Source: Octopus sinensis
Taxonomy: Eukaryota
DNA: 64,000 bases
Reading direction: 5' to 3'
Assembly (NCBI RefSeq): GCF_006345805.1
Contig: NC_042997.1
Span: 174,406,001 to 174,470,000, forward strand
Each line of letters opens with the position of its first letter. Positions within the stretch are counted from its first letter, which is position 1. Shown in pieces: positions 53,600-64,000 of this stretch. The notes under the pieces are model-generated. The model was not told where the DNA came from. It was given only the letters and a program-made list of their open reading frames with translations, and did no database searches. The translations under genes and the position numbers were made by a program.

Positions 53600-55200
53600 C
53601 GTGTATGAAGGGTTCTGTGCATTGCTCTATTATCCAGTCAGCTGCTTGTAATTAAGAGTTGTTTTTAATTCGCGAGCTTCTTAATTAAAATAGCTTCTTT
53701 TATTTTCAAGTTCCCAATCTTCTCTTCTATAGCTTCAACAGAAAATTGAATGTCTTGGCTGTTGCTTTTCCATAGGTGTTTTTAGATGGAAGAAGCATTA
53801 GGATAGAAGTATCGTTGAACCCATATGTGAACTGTTCTGATGGTACTTCTGATGCAGAACTTACTAAATTTTTTACACGTGATTTTATGCGACACGTTGA
53901 AATTCAGACATAGGTCTCCATCTTTGATCGAGTAGTATACATAAGTATAGTTAGTACAATATACATAAGTATACTTGTGTATACTCAGGCAGTATACATC
54001 AGGTGTTGTTTTGTCTTGGACTACTGTTGGTGGGGAACCTGATCAGAAGAGGTCTGGGGTCTTGCCAGTCGTATATTCAATCCATCCTTACGGATCACAC
54101 GGCAGATTGCAGCAGTTGCTTTTTCGTTAAAATGTGGTAGTTTCAAAACACACATGCTATCCTTAGATGTATGGGTTTGTTTTCAGGTGGTCTGGTGGTG
54201 TCTTGACGTTTCTTGTTAGAGTATGAATAGCTAATTTCTGTCAAAACATTTCGGTATTGGGTGGTGTTGGAGATTTTACTTCCTGCCTTACTACTCATTG
54301 TGAAACCTGTGATTCTCATTCCTAATGTAGTTTATTTTAGTTCTGATGAATAGGGATGAAATATAATGTGCAAATAGACCCCTGCATGCTGCTTTTCTGG
54401 AGAAGTTTGTGGACATGGACCCGTTCTATGTGATTTTGAGCAGAGTATGGAACCACTGATTTTGGGGTGCTTCTGTTCAAATTTTATATGTTCATTGATA
54501 TTATTTAAGATATTGTATACTTTTATTGTCTCCTTGCGAGATGATGTTAATATGAGGATGTGGTCCAGAGATTTGTTTGTAAATAGATCCCTCGAACTGG
54601 AAGGCGGTGTTGTACTTCTTAATAGTTACTAATTCGTTGATAGCTGGTGCTGTAAGCTCAAAACACTTAAGATTGCAAGAAAAGATAATTGCTGAGACAT
54701 TATATGGGGAAGCATTGTCCAGACTAAAGGAGGAGGGTTTTTTGTTTTCTAAGTATAGATAGGTTGAGATCTTTCTGCTTGATGATGATTTCGATGGAGC
54801 TTTCAACATATCCTGGGAAGGTTAGAAGTAGTGGCTTAAGAATATTAGACAGAAGTCAAGAGATTTTGTAAATCAATCCGTTAATGCTGGAGACAATAGG
54901 TCTAATATTTAAATATGGTCCGGATTAATGTGTTTATATGAAGTGATCGAAGTTGCGGGCAATGCTGTTTCTTATGATGAAGATGCGTTTAATCTTGTTC
55001 GAGAGTTCTCTCTCTTCACAGATATTCGCTTCGAAGCTGGCTAGAAGTGATGTTACCGACCTTTTCACATAGTGTTGTGCCAGCTCGAATGCCAGCTCAT
55101 CGTATTTATCCTTATGTATAACGAGGACTACCCTTCTTTTATACGAAGGCAGATATATAGGGTTGATTGAACTTAGGTTTTATAGATTGAGGAATTGAGA
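53600..55200 (-). mobile_element. Penelope-like element, decayed RT plus GIY-YIG
   Basis: Minus strand: LPSYKRRVVLVIHKDKY (cf. PADKG), IRPIVSSING, FQFEGSIYKQISG, ETYV..STCRIKSRV and LKIKEAILIKK. Confidence 0.8.
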
Positions 55201-55487
55201 TCTAGAGAGATTAAAATGAGTGGAAGGATTTTTTAAGATGTCGAAAATTAAATGTTTAAAGCTCATTAGCTTACATTGAATTCGGTGTTAAAGGGGGCGG
55301 GGAACGTGCTATCTGGTAGTATGTGAGATATCTAGTGGGGGTGCATAATAGAATTGGACCTACAGATAGTTTTATTGGAAGATGGAAACTAAAACTTCAG
55401 AACTGATATCCTTTTTAGCTGGTGTATATATGTGTGTGTGTGCGTGCTCGCGCAAAAAGATATACACAGAAAAAATATATATGTATC

Positions 55488-55830
55488 TTTAATCTTTAAT
55501 CTATTTGAGTCATTAGACTGCGACCATACTGGCGTACTGCCTTGAAAAACTTTTAGTCGAATAAATCGACCTCTGTATACCCATGTTTTTAAAGCTTGGT
55601 ATTTATACTATCGGCTTCTTTTGCCAAACTGCTCAGTTACGGGGACGTAAATAAACCGGTACCAGTTGTCAAGCGGTGGTGGGGGATAAATACAGATACA
55701 AAGTACGACACACGTACACGCACACACACAAACACACATACGACGATCTACTTTCGGTTTTCGTTTACCGAATACCACTCACATGGCTCTGGCCAGCCCG
55801 CGACTATAGTACAAGACACTTGTCGAAAGT
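55488..55830 (-). mobile_element. Degenerate SINE family C
   Basis: TTTGCCAAACTGCTCAGTTACGGGGACGTAAA, GTTGTCAAGCG and ACTATAGTACAAGACACTTG segments. Confidence 0.75.
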
Positions 55831-58276
55831 GCGACTGGCTGATTTTCGACTTTTAAAGATTAATAAATTAAGTATCGATAAAATAAATTAAGTATCAGTA
55901 ATCGAAACCAGTCTGCTCTGTTAAAAATTGTACTGGCATTGTGCCTATTCAGAAGTGACCAGTAACCAAATAAATAAAACTCTCACTGTTTGTTGAAATC
56001 AGTAAAACTGCAATTGAATTATCGCTTGTGATTTAGTCTGTATCTTTGGGAATCAAACTTTATTCGATAAATTCGCATTTACTGAATGTTAAGTCTCTCT
56101 TTGAGTAAGAAAATTACTTACTTTCAATTTAAACTATTTGGCAAGTAGATACCAACAAATTCAATGTTAGAGATATTTCAGTGTCCCAAGACACGAAATC
56201 TTGTATGCACTAGAAAACCTGGCTTTGAAGGTTTGTATAACATTGAAAGGCATTGCAGAAACCGAACAGCAGAACAATGAAAAGTCGATACGACGTGTAT
56301 GGAGCAATAGGCATGATATATCAATGTGTCAAAACCAGTTGCAAATCGATGACAGGCGAAATCAAACAAAGACCTTGATCGATTTTCTTGTTCAATTAAC
56401 TAGATAGCCATTATTACTTTTTTTCTGATATAATAAATGGAAATACAGGCGAAAATTCAGATAAAAATTGTCTCTTTTTATTTTAAATTTAATTATAAGA
56501 TCAAAGGAGAAGAGTTAATCTTTAAAAGTTGTTCCAATGATGTTGGTGTAACGGGGAAACAAATTAGATGCAGGACTTCGTTCGTTTGATACTGATATTT
56601 CCTTTCAATTCCAGGACAGCTACTCCATTGAGAGAACACCAGACCGAGTGGAGATCAAGTTTCTGCAATAAGGTTTTGTTGCGAATAAAAGATAGCTCGA
56701 AAAACCATGCGGTTGTTTCAACTCCAAAGAACGTGAAACTATGCAAATTTATATTAAAGTCATGCTACGGTATCAATAAAAGAAAAGCCAAAGAGAATTC
56801 TCTATTCTTTCTTATCACTTTATGATCTATAAATTGTAAATACAGCCAAATTTTGGAGAGTTGAGACGGCTGAAACATTTCATAATGTCTCCTTCTCGTA
56901 CTGATATTAAAAATTTAAATCTAGTCTGCGCTATATGAGATCCTAATTGTAAGTTAAAGAAAGGAGGCCAGTCGGGAAAGTAACAGATGTTGTTGCCAAA
57001 TTCAAACTCCCAGTTAGTTCTGACGTGACTGCTAATAAATAATACCAAGCAAATTTAAACTCACTGCTGGTGTATGAGGAAATAATTTGGAATAAGTTTT
57101 AAAATCTGTCCGATTCTTCATTTCCCCGTTTCAAAATAAAACTTCTTTTGATATCTGAGATATTTAGAACGATTCTCTACCTACTAAAACATTATCTGAC
57201 GCAAGCCAACACTCAGCCCGCTTGAAATTGTTAAGTCTACTTTAAATCACATCCTTTTATCTTAATTATAGAAAGGACTCACTGTTTATTGCGAATTTAT
57301 ATAGTCCTAAGAAGGTGGATTTGCCACTGCTGACACGCTAGAAGAGAAGTGGCCTGGGGTTAAACAGGAACAAGAGACTTATCAACGAAGGGGACGCGCA
57401 GCAATATACTAATTTATATTTATATGAAATGTGCTTCTTACAGGATAAATGTTCATCTAACGTTACTGATTTAGGAAATAAGGCCAACATTAAGCAAATA
57501 AATTATTCCTTTAAATTTATAATTTATAGTAAACGTTTTTATGTTATTTTGATATGCTCTCCTTCTGGTTTGAACAGTTTTATGATCAAAGACAACCCTG
57601 CCAATTAGTCCAATTTTTTTGTTTATCGACAATTAAAAGTTGTACAGAATATTTAGAACAATAAGAAGAATCTCTATCCGAGGAGATTCAATTAAAAGTC
57701 TACAACTTTCAAGATTTATGCAGATGATGATTTTCTTAGTCATACGGTGTGCATACAACTTATAATGGGATGGGCTGATTATTAGCTGAACGTGTTGTTT
57801 TAGGCCTTACAAAATGTTTGTGTTCCTGCACAAAGTGACCTGTACATTGAATCAATCATCTTCGTGGATGGCTGGCACCACATAAGAATTGAGTATCCGT
57901 TTGTATCTTGAGAGTAGTTTGTCAACTGATGGGTACCGTGACGATGAAATTCACTCACGAATTTAAAATGTTTTGGCAAATTATTAAAGAAAGAATGATC
58001 AGACACGGCTGACGGTTACAAACAACGGTGAGAACAATCATTGCTTTTTCGAACGAAATCTCTTGTAATATTCTTTCTGTTTTGGGTCCATGACACACCC
58101 ATGTTAACTTTTGCCTCTGAAATGCAGCGATCCAGTTGTTTGCTTGTTAGAAATCTGTTACCAACAACGTTTATTGTTAACCGATTGCAAAATAAATAAA
58201 TAAATAAATAAATAAATATGTATGTCTGCGCGCGTGTGTGTGTGTGTATTTATATATACTTATATATATATATATA

Positions 58277-58342
<66 letters not shown>

Positions 58343-58513
58343 TAAATTAGAGATAAAACCACTATTAGGCAAATGATACAATGAAACACTTAAGCCAATA
58401 CATAAGATTAATTAATTTATATTATTTAAATAAATATAATATTTTACTATAAAATTGGATTCAATCCTAAATCTGATTTTTCCCTGTAAGTTTGGATTTA
58501 TTCCCTAATATTT

Positions 58514-58550
<37 letters not shown>

Positions 58551-58904
58551 TAATCATCAAAGAGAGGATTATATGCAGTTCTGCAGATTTAATTACCAAA
58601 TCGCTTAGAAAACTATTATAAACCATTAAATATAATTTTTCTATAATTTACCCATATGACACTTGAATTCTAGGATATAGATTTACAATCTTCCAAATTA
58701 CTTTTGTCAACAAGAAGTTGATATATGAATAATTGTGATTTTTTTTTCTTAATAGCTTACTCAGAGGAAAGCAGTGCTCATAACCCCATTTTGGGGGCTT
58801 TTTCAGGGTAGAGATTTGTCTCAATGCTTGCAACCGATTGGACTCTGCTAAAGATACCCATCATCCAAGTGACTTGGACGTAGCAGAGTTGTGTTTCAAG
58901 AAAG

Positions 58905-58957
<53 letters not shown>

Positions 58958-59728
58958 TAAATAACATCTTGAATAATGTCTTGATATAGCTCTGCCAATT
59001 AGAGGTCCTGCCAAATCATGACAAATTTCTCTTCTGGATGGATTAGTCCGCCAAGCATGATATACGTTTACAAGAGAAATTGAAAACACTTGTCTATCCT
59101 TTCCTTCGTTGTCCACGTTTTATTAATATGTAGAAATATGTTATAAAGCAACTAATGACGTTCGTCTAGAGTCAATGAAGATATTTCAGTGCCGTAGGTC
59201 TCCAGACCTACTAGAAATAGCAACCAGTTCTTACTAAAATATCTTAAAATAGAGAAAGAGAAAGACAGAGTAGGTAAGACGGTCCTGCTTGAAATTTTAA
59301 AAAAATGTGGGATGTTTTTGATCATAGACTTGCCTATTTAGGGGTCAAATGTAATACATCCCACTTCTGAATGAAAACTTATGCATACCGTTACCGGCCT
59401 GTGTATTCAGATTGTATGGGTCTACCTGTTGATGCTCTCCAAAGTGTGGAATGAGGTCGTGTAAGACGAAAACATTGGTACCTTAATAAATATCAGCTAA
59501 CTGATCGACGGAACTATGAAGATAGCTTTTCCTCTGCAGCGTAAGCGAAAATTATCTCGGACAAAAGCCGCTCTTGACGAAAGCCATCTCTGATAAAAGA
59601 TCCGTATGTTAATATTAACCTAGAATGAACGTCCCGAAACACAATCTCCTCTTGGGGAAAAAGAAATTCCTACATTGATGTCACTTCAACAACTACAAAT
59701 TCACCGATGTACAAACACAGCTCCAACA

Positions 59729-59945
59729 TAAGGCGGCAAGCTGGCAGAAACGTTAGCACACCGGGCGAAATGCTTAGCCGTATTTCGTCTGTCTTTACGT
59801 TCTAAATTCAAATTCCGCCGGGGTCGACTTTACCTTTTATCCTTTCGAGGTCGATAAATTAAGTACCAGTTGCGTACTGGGGTCGATCTAATCGAGTGAC
59901 CCCTCACCCAAAATTTCGGGCCTTGTGCCTAGTGTAGAAAAGAAC
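59729..59945 (+). mobile_element. SINE family A, young copy (tail type 2)
   Basis: TAAGGCGGCAAGCTGGCAGAAACGTTAGC head, core, and tail AAAATTTCGGGCCTTGTGCCTAGTGTAGAAAAG. Confidence 0.9.
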
Positions 59946-60289
59946 ATAAACCACTCCCTCCAGTACTATGTACTTAAGATTTAGCCTACAATCTCAATGT
60001 AATTATATTGCCATCACATCACCTCTGTAACAGTAATGTTTAAAGAAATATCCTTACCGTAATATCTAATGTACACAGTGATAAAGTTACTATGAGGTTC
60101 CTCGAATTGTTACAAATTGTAGTCAAAGCTAATAATGTTGCGGAAACAAGAGATTCCAGAGGTATCCACCACCCCACGAACTAGGACGCGTAAGATCTGT
60201 GTTGCAAGATGCGGCCCTACAGCTAGACGCGTGGGCGTTGCACAGAGTTTCTGTTATATTGCTCTGAGAATAGTTAATCCGGGACTGGT

Positions 60290-61482
60290 CTTACTCAAAA
60301 ATAGGCCGAAAGGAAAATGTCCCTGAAAGTTCGGTCAGGGCTGGCGAACGCCTACGTTGCTTCCTTTCTCTATAGACATCTGATCGTTGTGGCCTGCCTC
60401 ATATCACATCAGATCAGACTGAACTTTTACATTTTGTGGGAGGAATTCGTTTCACTGGTGGAAAGGTTCAGTTTCTGTCAATACTTGCTATATGAAGGAC
60501 TGGGCATGCTGTTGGTAATGATGTGCAGACAGGCTCTTCAGTTACAGCATTTCCAACAATTTTGTGTCAGTGAACAGCCGTGAACACCTTTTGTCAGACG
60601 CTTTTTTCCCACCAAGTTGTTTCTTTGGCAGAACTACTGTTCAGGGTCAAGCAAAATCCGAGACAGGTTTGGCATCTGGAATGTCAAGACCTCTAGCAAC
60701 CGGTTGGCAGAAATTTCACATTGACATTCAATAGAAAATTAGTCGAATAAAATATCAACAATGTTCTCGGGTATATCTGGGCGTCAACGAAAATGAGGTA
60801 GTTGGCCTGTTCCGGAAGTTTATTGGTTCGAGGTCCCCGAATAATTTCTGGAAATCCTTTGCTTGGTAGTACTTCCGAGATTACTGCCACAAATATGCAT
60901 GCAGAGCAACAGGAACATTCTGAACACACTCTTCCAGCGCCCGAGCAGTGCTGATTTGTGGAATTATGTCGAACAGCTGAAATCACATGTAGGATGGATT
61001 CAGTTATCATATGAGACCATTGTGAAAAGGTAAGCAGTGTTTACCTATCTGGTGGCTTTATTGAAAGAAACTGAGTAGTGAACAGGACTGAAAGGGCTGA
61101 AGACAAACACTTACCTCTAGTTAAACCGTATTTTAAGTTTCACTTGAAAGGAAAAGTGAGCGCGGAAAGGGAAGATTTTCCTTCTAGTAAATTTGTTGAA
61201 AAGTGGATGAGATTGACGCTTGTGGTTCGAATAAACATATGCATTTAGAAGTGAAGAAAGACATCTTAGAGAGGGTGCTCACTCCAGTGGTCTGTGCATC
61301 CGTGGTTTCTACTGAAAGTCCTCGGAGGTCTCACACCCAATGGTAAATTTTTTACGTTTAAAATTTTATTGCTAGCATGCTTGTTTTAACTTACATGTAT
61401 AACCCCACACAGTTTTTGTAACCCCCATCCCACCTTGTTATGTCCTTGATTTTATGGAAGCTCTGATGGCTGATTAAGAAAC
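60290..61482 (+). mobile_element. Old, diverged Tx1-clade LINE fossil related to copies 1-5
   Basis: AERKMSLKVR...ANAYVAS, EGLGML.VMMCRQAL, DLWNYVEQL, LKGLKTNTYL and FKFHLKGKV are colinear with the young ORF. 3' end ...GGCTGATTAAGAAAC. Confidence 0.8.
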
Positions 61483-62176
61483 GCTGATGCGTCTACGCCA
61501 AAAGAGATCATCATCACCATCATGATCATTGGTGTCGCTATCATCACCATCGTCATCATAATCGTCGTCGTCGTCGTCATCAACATTATTATTATTTTCA
61601 TTACTGTTGTTCTAGTGATTACTATGATGATGATGGTCGTTGTAGTGGTGGTGGTGGTGGTGGTGGTGGTATTTGATGTTTGCATTTTTGCATTAAAAGT
61701 AAGTTATATTCAAAGACACATTTATCAAAAGTATTTCCCATGATGGAGAAGATAGGAATTGGAGGGTTGAGGGTTGGCGTGTGCACTTTAAATTTGACTT
61801 CAGATACTTTAAGCTTGATATATAGTGTTGTTTATCTTTTTTCTTGTTTCGTTTTTTTCTTTTTTTTTTGCCATTTTCGGAGTAAAAAACAAACAAGCAA
61901 ATAAAACAGCGTTTATCTTAGTCTACATACATGAGTTCTTTGTATGTTGATGTCGTGTTAATGTATTTATGGTTTTACTTCAAGGCTCGTTAACGACGAC
62001 GTTTCTGAATGGTGGCGAGACAAAGTGTAGTATTACCTTTGACGTCGCCGACGATGAAATCACTATATAGTCTCTGAAACTGCTAGAAATAGGAGCTAAA
62101 TCTCCGTCATAAAACATTTCATTAATTTAATCTTGTGCTTACAAATAGCCCAGAGAATAAAAAATGTGTGAACATG

Positions 62177-62721
62177 GAGGCGCTGACGTAGCTGTGTGGT
62201 AAGAAGTTTGCTTGAAGGCGGTGAGCTGGCAGAAACGTTAGCACGCCGGGCGAAATGCGTAGCCGTATTTCGTCTGCCATTACGTTCCGAGTTCAAATTC
62301 CGCCGAGGTCGACTTTGTCTTTCATCCTTTCGGGGTCGATAAATTAAGTACCAGTTACGCACTGGGGTCGATATAATTGACTTAATCCATTTGTCTGTCC
62401 TTTTCTGTCGAGTTGGAGGCACATGGCCGAGTGGTTAGAGCAGCGGACTCGCGGTCGAGGGATCGCGGGTTCGAATCTCAGACCGGGCGATGTGTGTGTT
62501 TATGAGAGAAATACCTAAGCTCCACGCGGCTCCGGCAGAAGGTAAAGGCGAACTTCTGCTGACTCTTTCGCCACAACTTTCTCTCACTCATTCCTCCTGC
62601 ATCTAGCAGCTCATCTGCGATGGACCAGCGTCCCGTCCAGGTGGGGAACCTATACGCCAAGGAATCCTGAAAGCCGGCCCTTATGAGCCAGGCGTGGCTC
62701 GAGAAGGAACAAACAACAACA
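62177..62721 (+). mobile_element. Tandem SINE cluster: family C head (62177-62214), family A (62215-62402), family B (62415-62721)
   Basis: Each segment matches other copies in the window. Confidence 0.88.
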
Positions 62722-62902
62722 ATTCAGGCATCACAGTTTTTACCCCTCAGTTTATTTTAATGCCGGTAGGTGCAACTGACCTATCGTTTATCAATTTCAC
62801 ACCTAATCCTGGAAATAGTTTCGCCCCCAGTCGATCGGTGAAAATAGTAACCAACGAATCCCTTCCTTCATTTCTTCGTTCCATTTCTGCTTCCTTCCTT
62901 AC

Positions 62903-62945
62903 TTTTTCATTTCTTCCGTGTCCAATTCAATGGTGACTTCACTGA
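62903..62945 (-). CDS. Candidate 43-nt internal coding exon of an unidentified host gene
   Basis: Acceptor CATTTCACTTGCTCTCTCAAG, donor AA|GTAAGG, open frame xSEVTIELDTEEMK, in non-repetitive sequence. No homology recognised. Confidence 0.25.
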
Positions 62946-63323
62946 CTTGAGAGAGCAAGTGAAATGCATGTGATTTTATGAGGTTTAAACTGACTCACAT
63001 ATTCAACAATTAATATTGTCATCTCGTTGTTCATTTGTTTTACAGACTACAGTGCTAATGAGTGAACAGGTTAAAAACAATGTACCGAGAGTTGCTGGCA
63101 AGCTATTGAGCCTTTTATTGTTTGCTATTATAGACATGGTAATCCAATGCAAAACGGAGCTTCAGAGATTGTAAAAAGTCACGCCATTTCTGAGACAAGA
63201 GTCCACAATTCACATACGCACACACGCACACACGCACGCGCGCATAGATACAGCTACGCACAAAATACTGAGTGTATAGTAAATATACATACATATATAC
63301 ATATATTATAAATATATTATGTA

Positions 63324-63502
63324 TAGGCGTGGTTGTATGGTAAGAAGCTTGTTTCCAAACTACATGGCTACAGTTTCAGTCCTCTGCGTAGCATCTTGGG
63401 CAGCTCTCCATTTCTTTTAGAGATACGTTGTCATCCGCTGGTATTGATACATCAATTAGAAAACTTGTCAGTGGATTTGGTAGACAGAAACTGAAAAAAA
63501 GC

Positions 63503-63505
<3 letters not shown>
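63324..63505 (+). mobile_element. SINE family C 5' half carrying a 60-bp foreign insert
   Basis: Head GGTAAGAAGCTTG, GCATCTTGGGCA, then the insert, then CTTGTCAGTGGATTTGGTAGACAGAAACTGAAA. Ends at (TA)n. Confidence 0.8.
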
Positions 63506-63545
<40 letters not shown>

Positions 63546-63759
63546 CAATAATAATTCTCTAAATGAGATATAGACAGTGACTGCTCCATAATATAAGGGA
63601 TATTAGCCAACCGAATATGGCTAGGGACAGGGCAGGGTGGTGGGGGTGTCACTGTTGCATTTAGCCCCAGGCGAACATCAACGCCACCAGATAGGCCTGA
63701 CGCCATCACGGCGTCCTCTATCTTGCAAAGAGAGATAATTCACCAAGAAGCAGATACCA

Positions 63760-64000
63760 CAGTGGTATTTGTCTTTGTATTTTGAGAGTTTCTCCATTTC
63801 TTTTAGAGACACGTTGTCATCCGCTGGTATTGATACATCAATTAGAAAACAATTTTTTCTTCATGGTCTCTGACAACTATATCTGGTCAATTGGCCTTAA
63901 TTTCTCTATCTGTGTGTATTGGCATATCCCAGATTATGGTTGATTTCTCGTTTTCTGTGACCTTTTCTGGTGTGTGCCTATACCATCTTTTTTCTGTTGT
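63760..64000 (-). mobile_element. R4/Dong-like RLE LINE endonuclease fragment, running off the window end
   Basis: Minus strand: WYRHTPEKVTENEKSTIIWDMPIHTDREIKAN*PDIVV...FLIDVSIPADDNVSLKEMEKLSKYKD. Confidence 0.88.

Noticed and set aside
54340-54370. CTGATGA...GAAA hammerhead-like string
   Set aside because: No stem II pairing, and it is antisense within Penelope RT coding sequence.
56210-56325. Short minus-strand frame resembling a signal peptide (MPIAPYTSYRLFIVLLFGFCNAFQCY)
   Set aside because: Short, closes with a stop, weak donor, and no supporting downstream exon.
57959-58116. Possible 158-nt minus-strand exon (CATTTCAG acceptor, GTGAGT donor, one open frame)
   Set aside because: The peptide is unrecognisable and its phase is incompatible with the 62903 candidate. 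Plausible by chance; only RNA-seq could rescue it.
59389-59481. Possible 93-nt phase 1-1 minus-strand exon (TNVFVLHDLIPHFGEHQQVDPYNLNTQAGN)
   Set aside because: Weak acceptor (TTTATTAAG) and no recognised homology.
59525-59610. GIY-YIG-like string (CSVSENYLGQKPLL)
   Set aside because: Too short and degenerate to call a Penelope remnant.

Overview
AT-rich, microsatellite-dense eukaryotic intergenic or intronic DNA with one 100-N assembly gap (37456-37555). The repeat landscape looks like an Octopus-type cephalopod; this is inference from pattern familiarity, not a database result. No host gene can be supported with confidence, and nearly all ORF-track entries are translations of (TA)n, (CA)n, (GATA)n, (CATA)n or triplet repeats. 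The interpretable content is transposable elements. Retroelements: five young 5'-truncated Tx1/L1-clade LINE copies plus one old fossil, about seven RLE-type (R4/Dong-like) LINE fragments, RTE and CR1/Nimb-like LINE ends, Penelope-like remnants with hammerhead-ribozyme-like motifs, and three tRNA-derived SINE families (my labels A, B, C). DNA elements: two mariner derivatives, a hAT MITE, a Helitron and a nested-inverted-repeat MITE. The most interesting signal is a set of retroelements apparently partitioned among microsatellite targets. All five young Tx1 copies are associated with (GATA)n, a Dong-like LINE and an unexplained ~550-bp non-coding element lie in (AAT)n, and another RLE lineage adjoins (ACAT)n. 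Two SINE-LINE 3'-tail partnerships are also visible, one of them with the Tx1 family.
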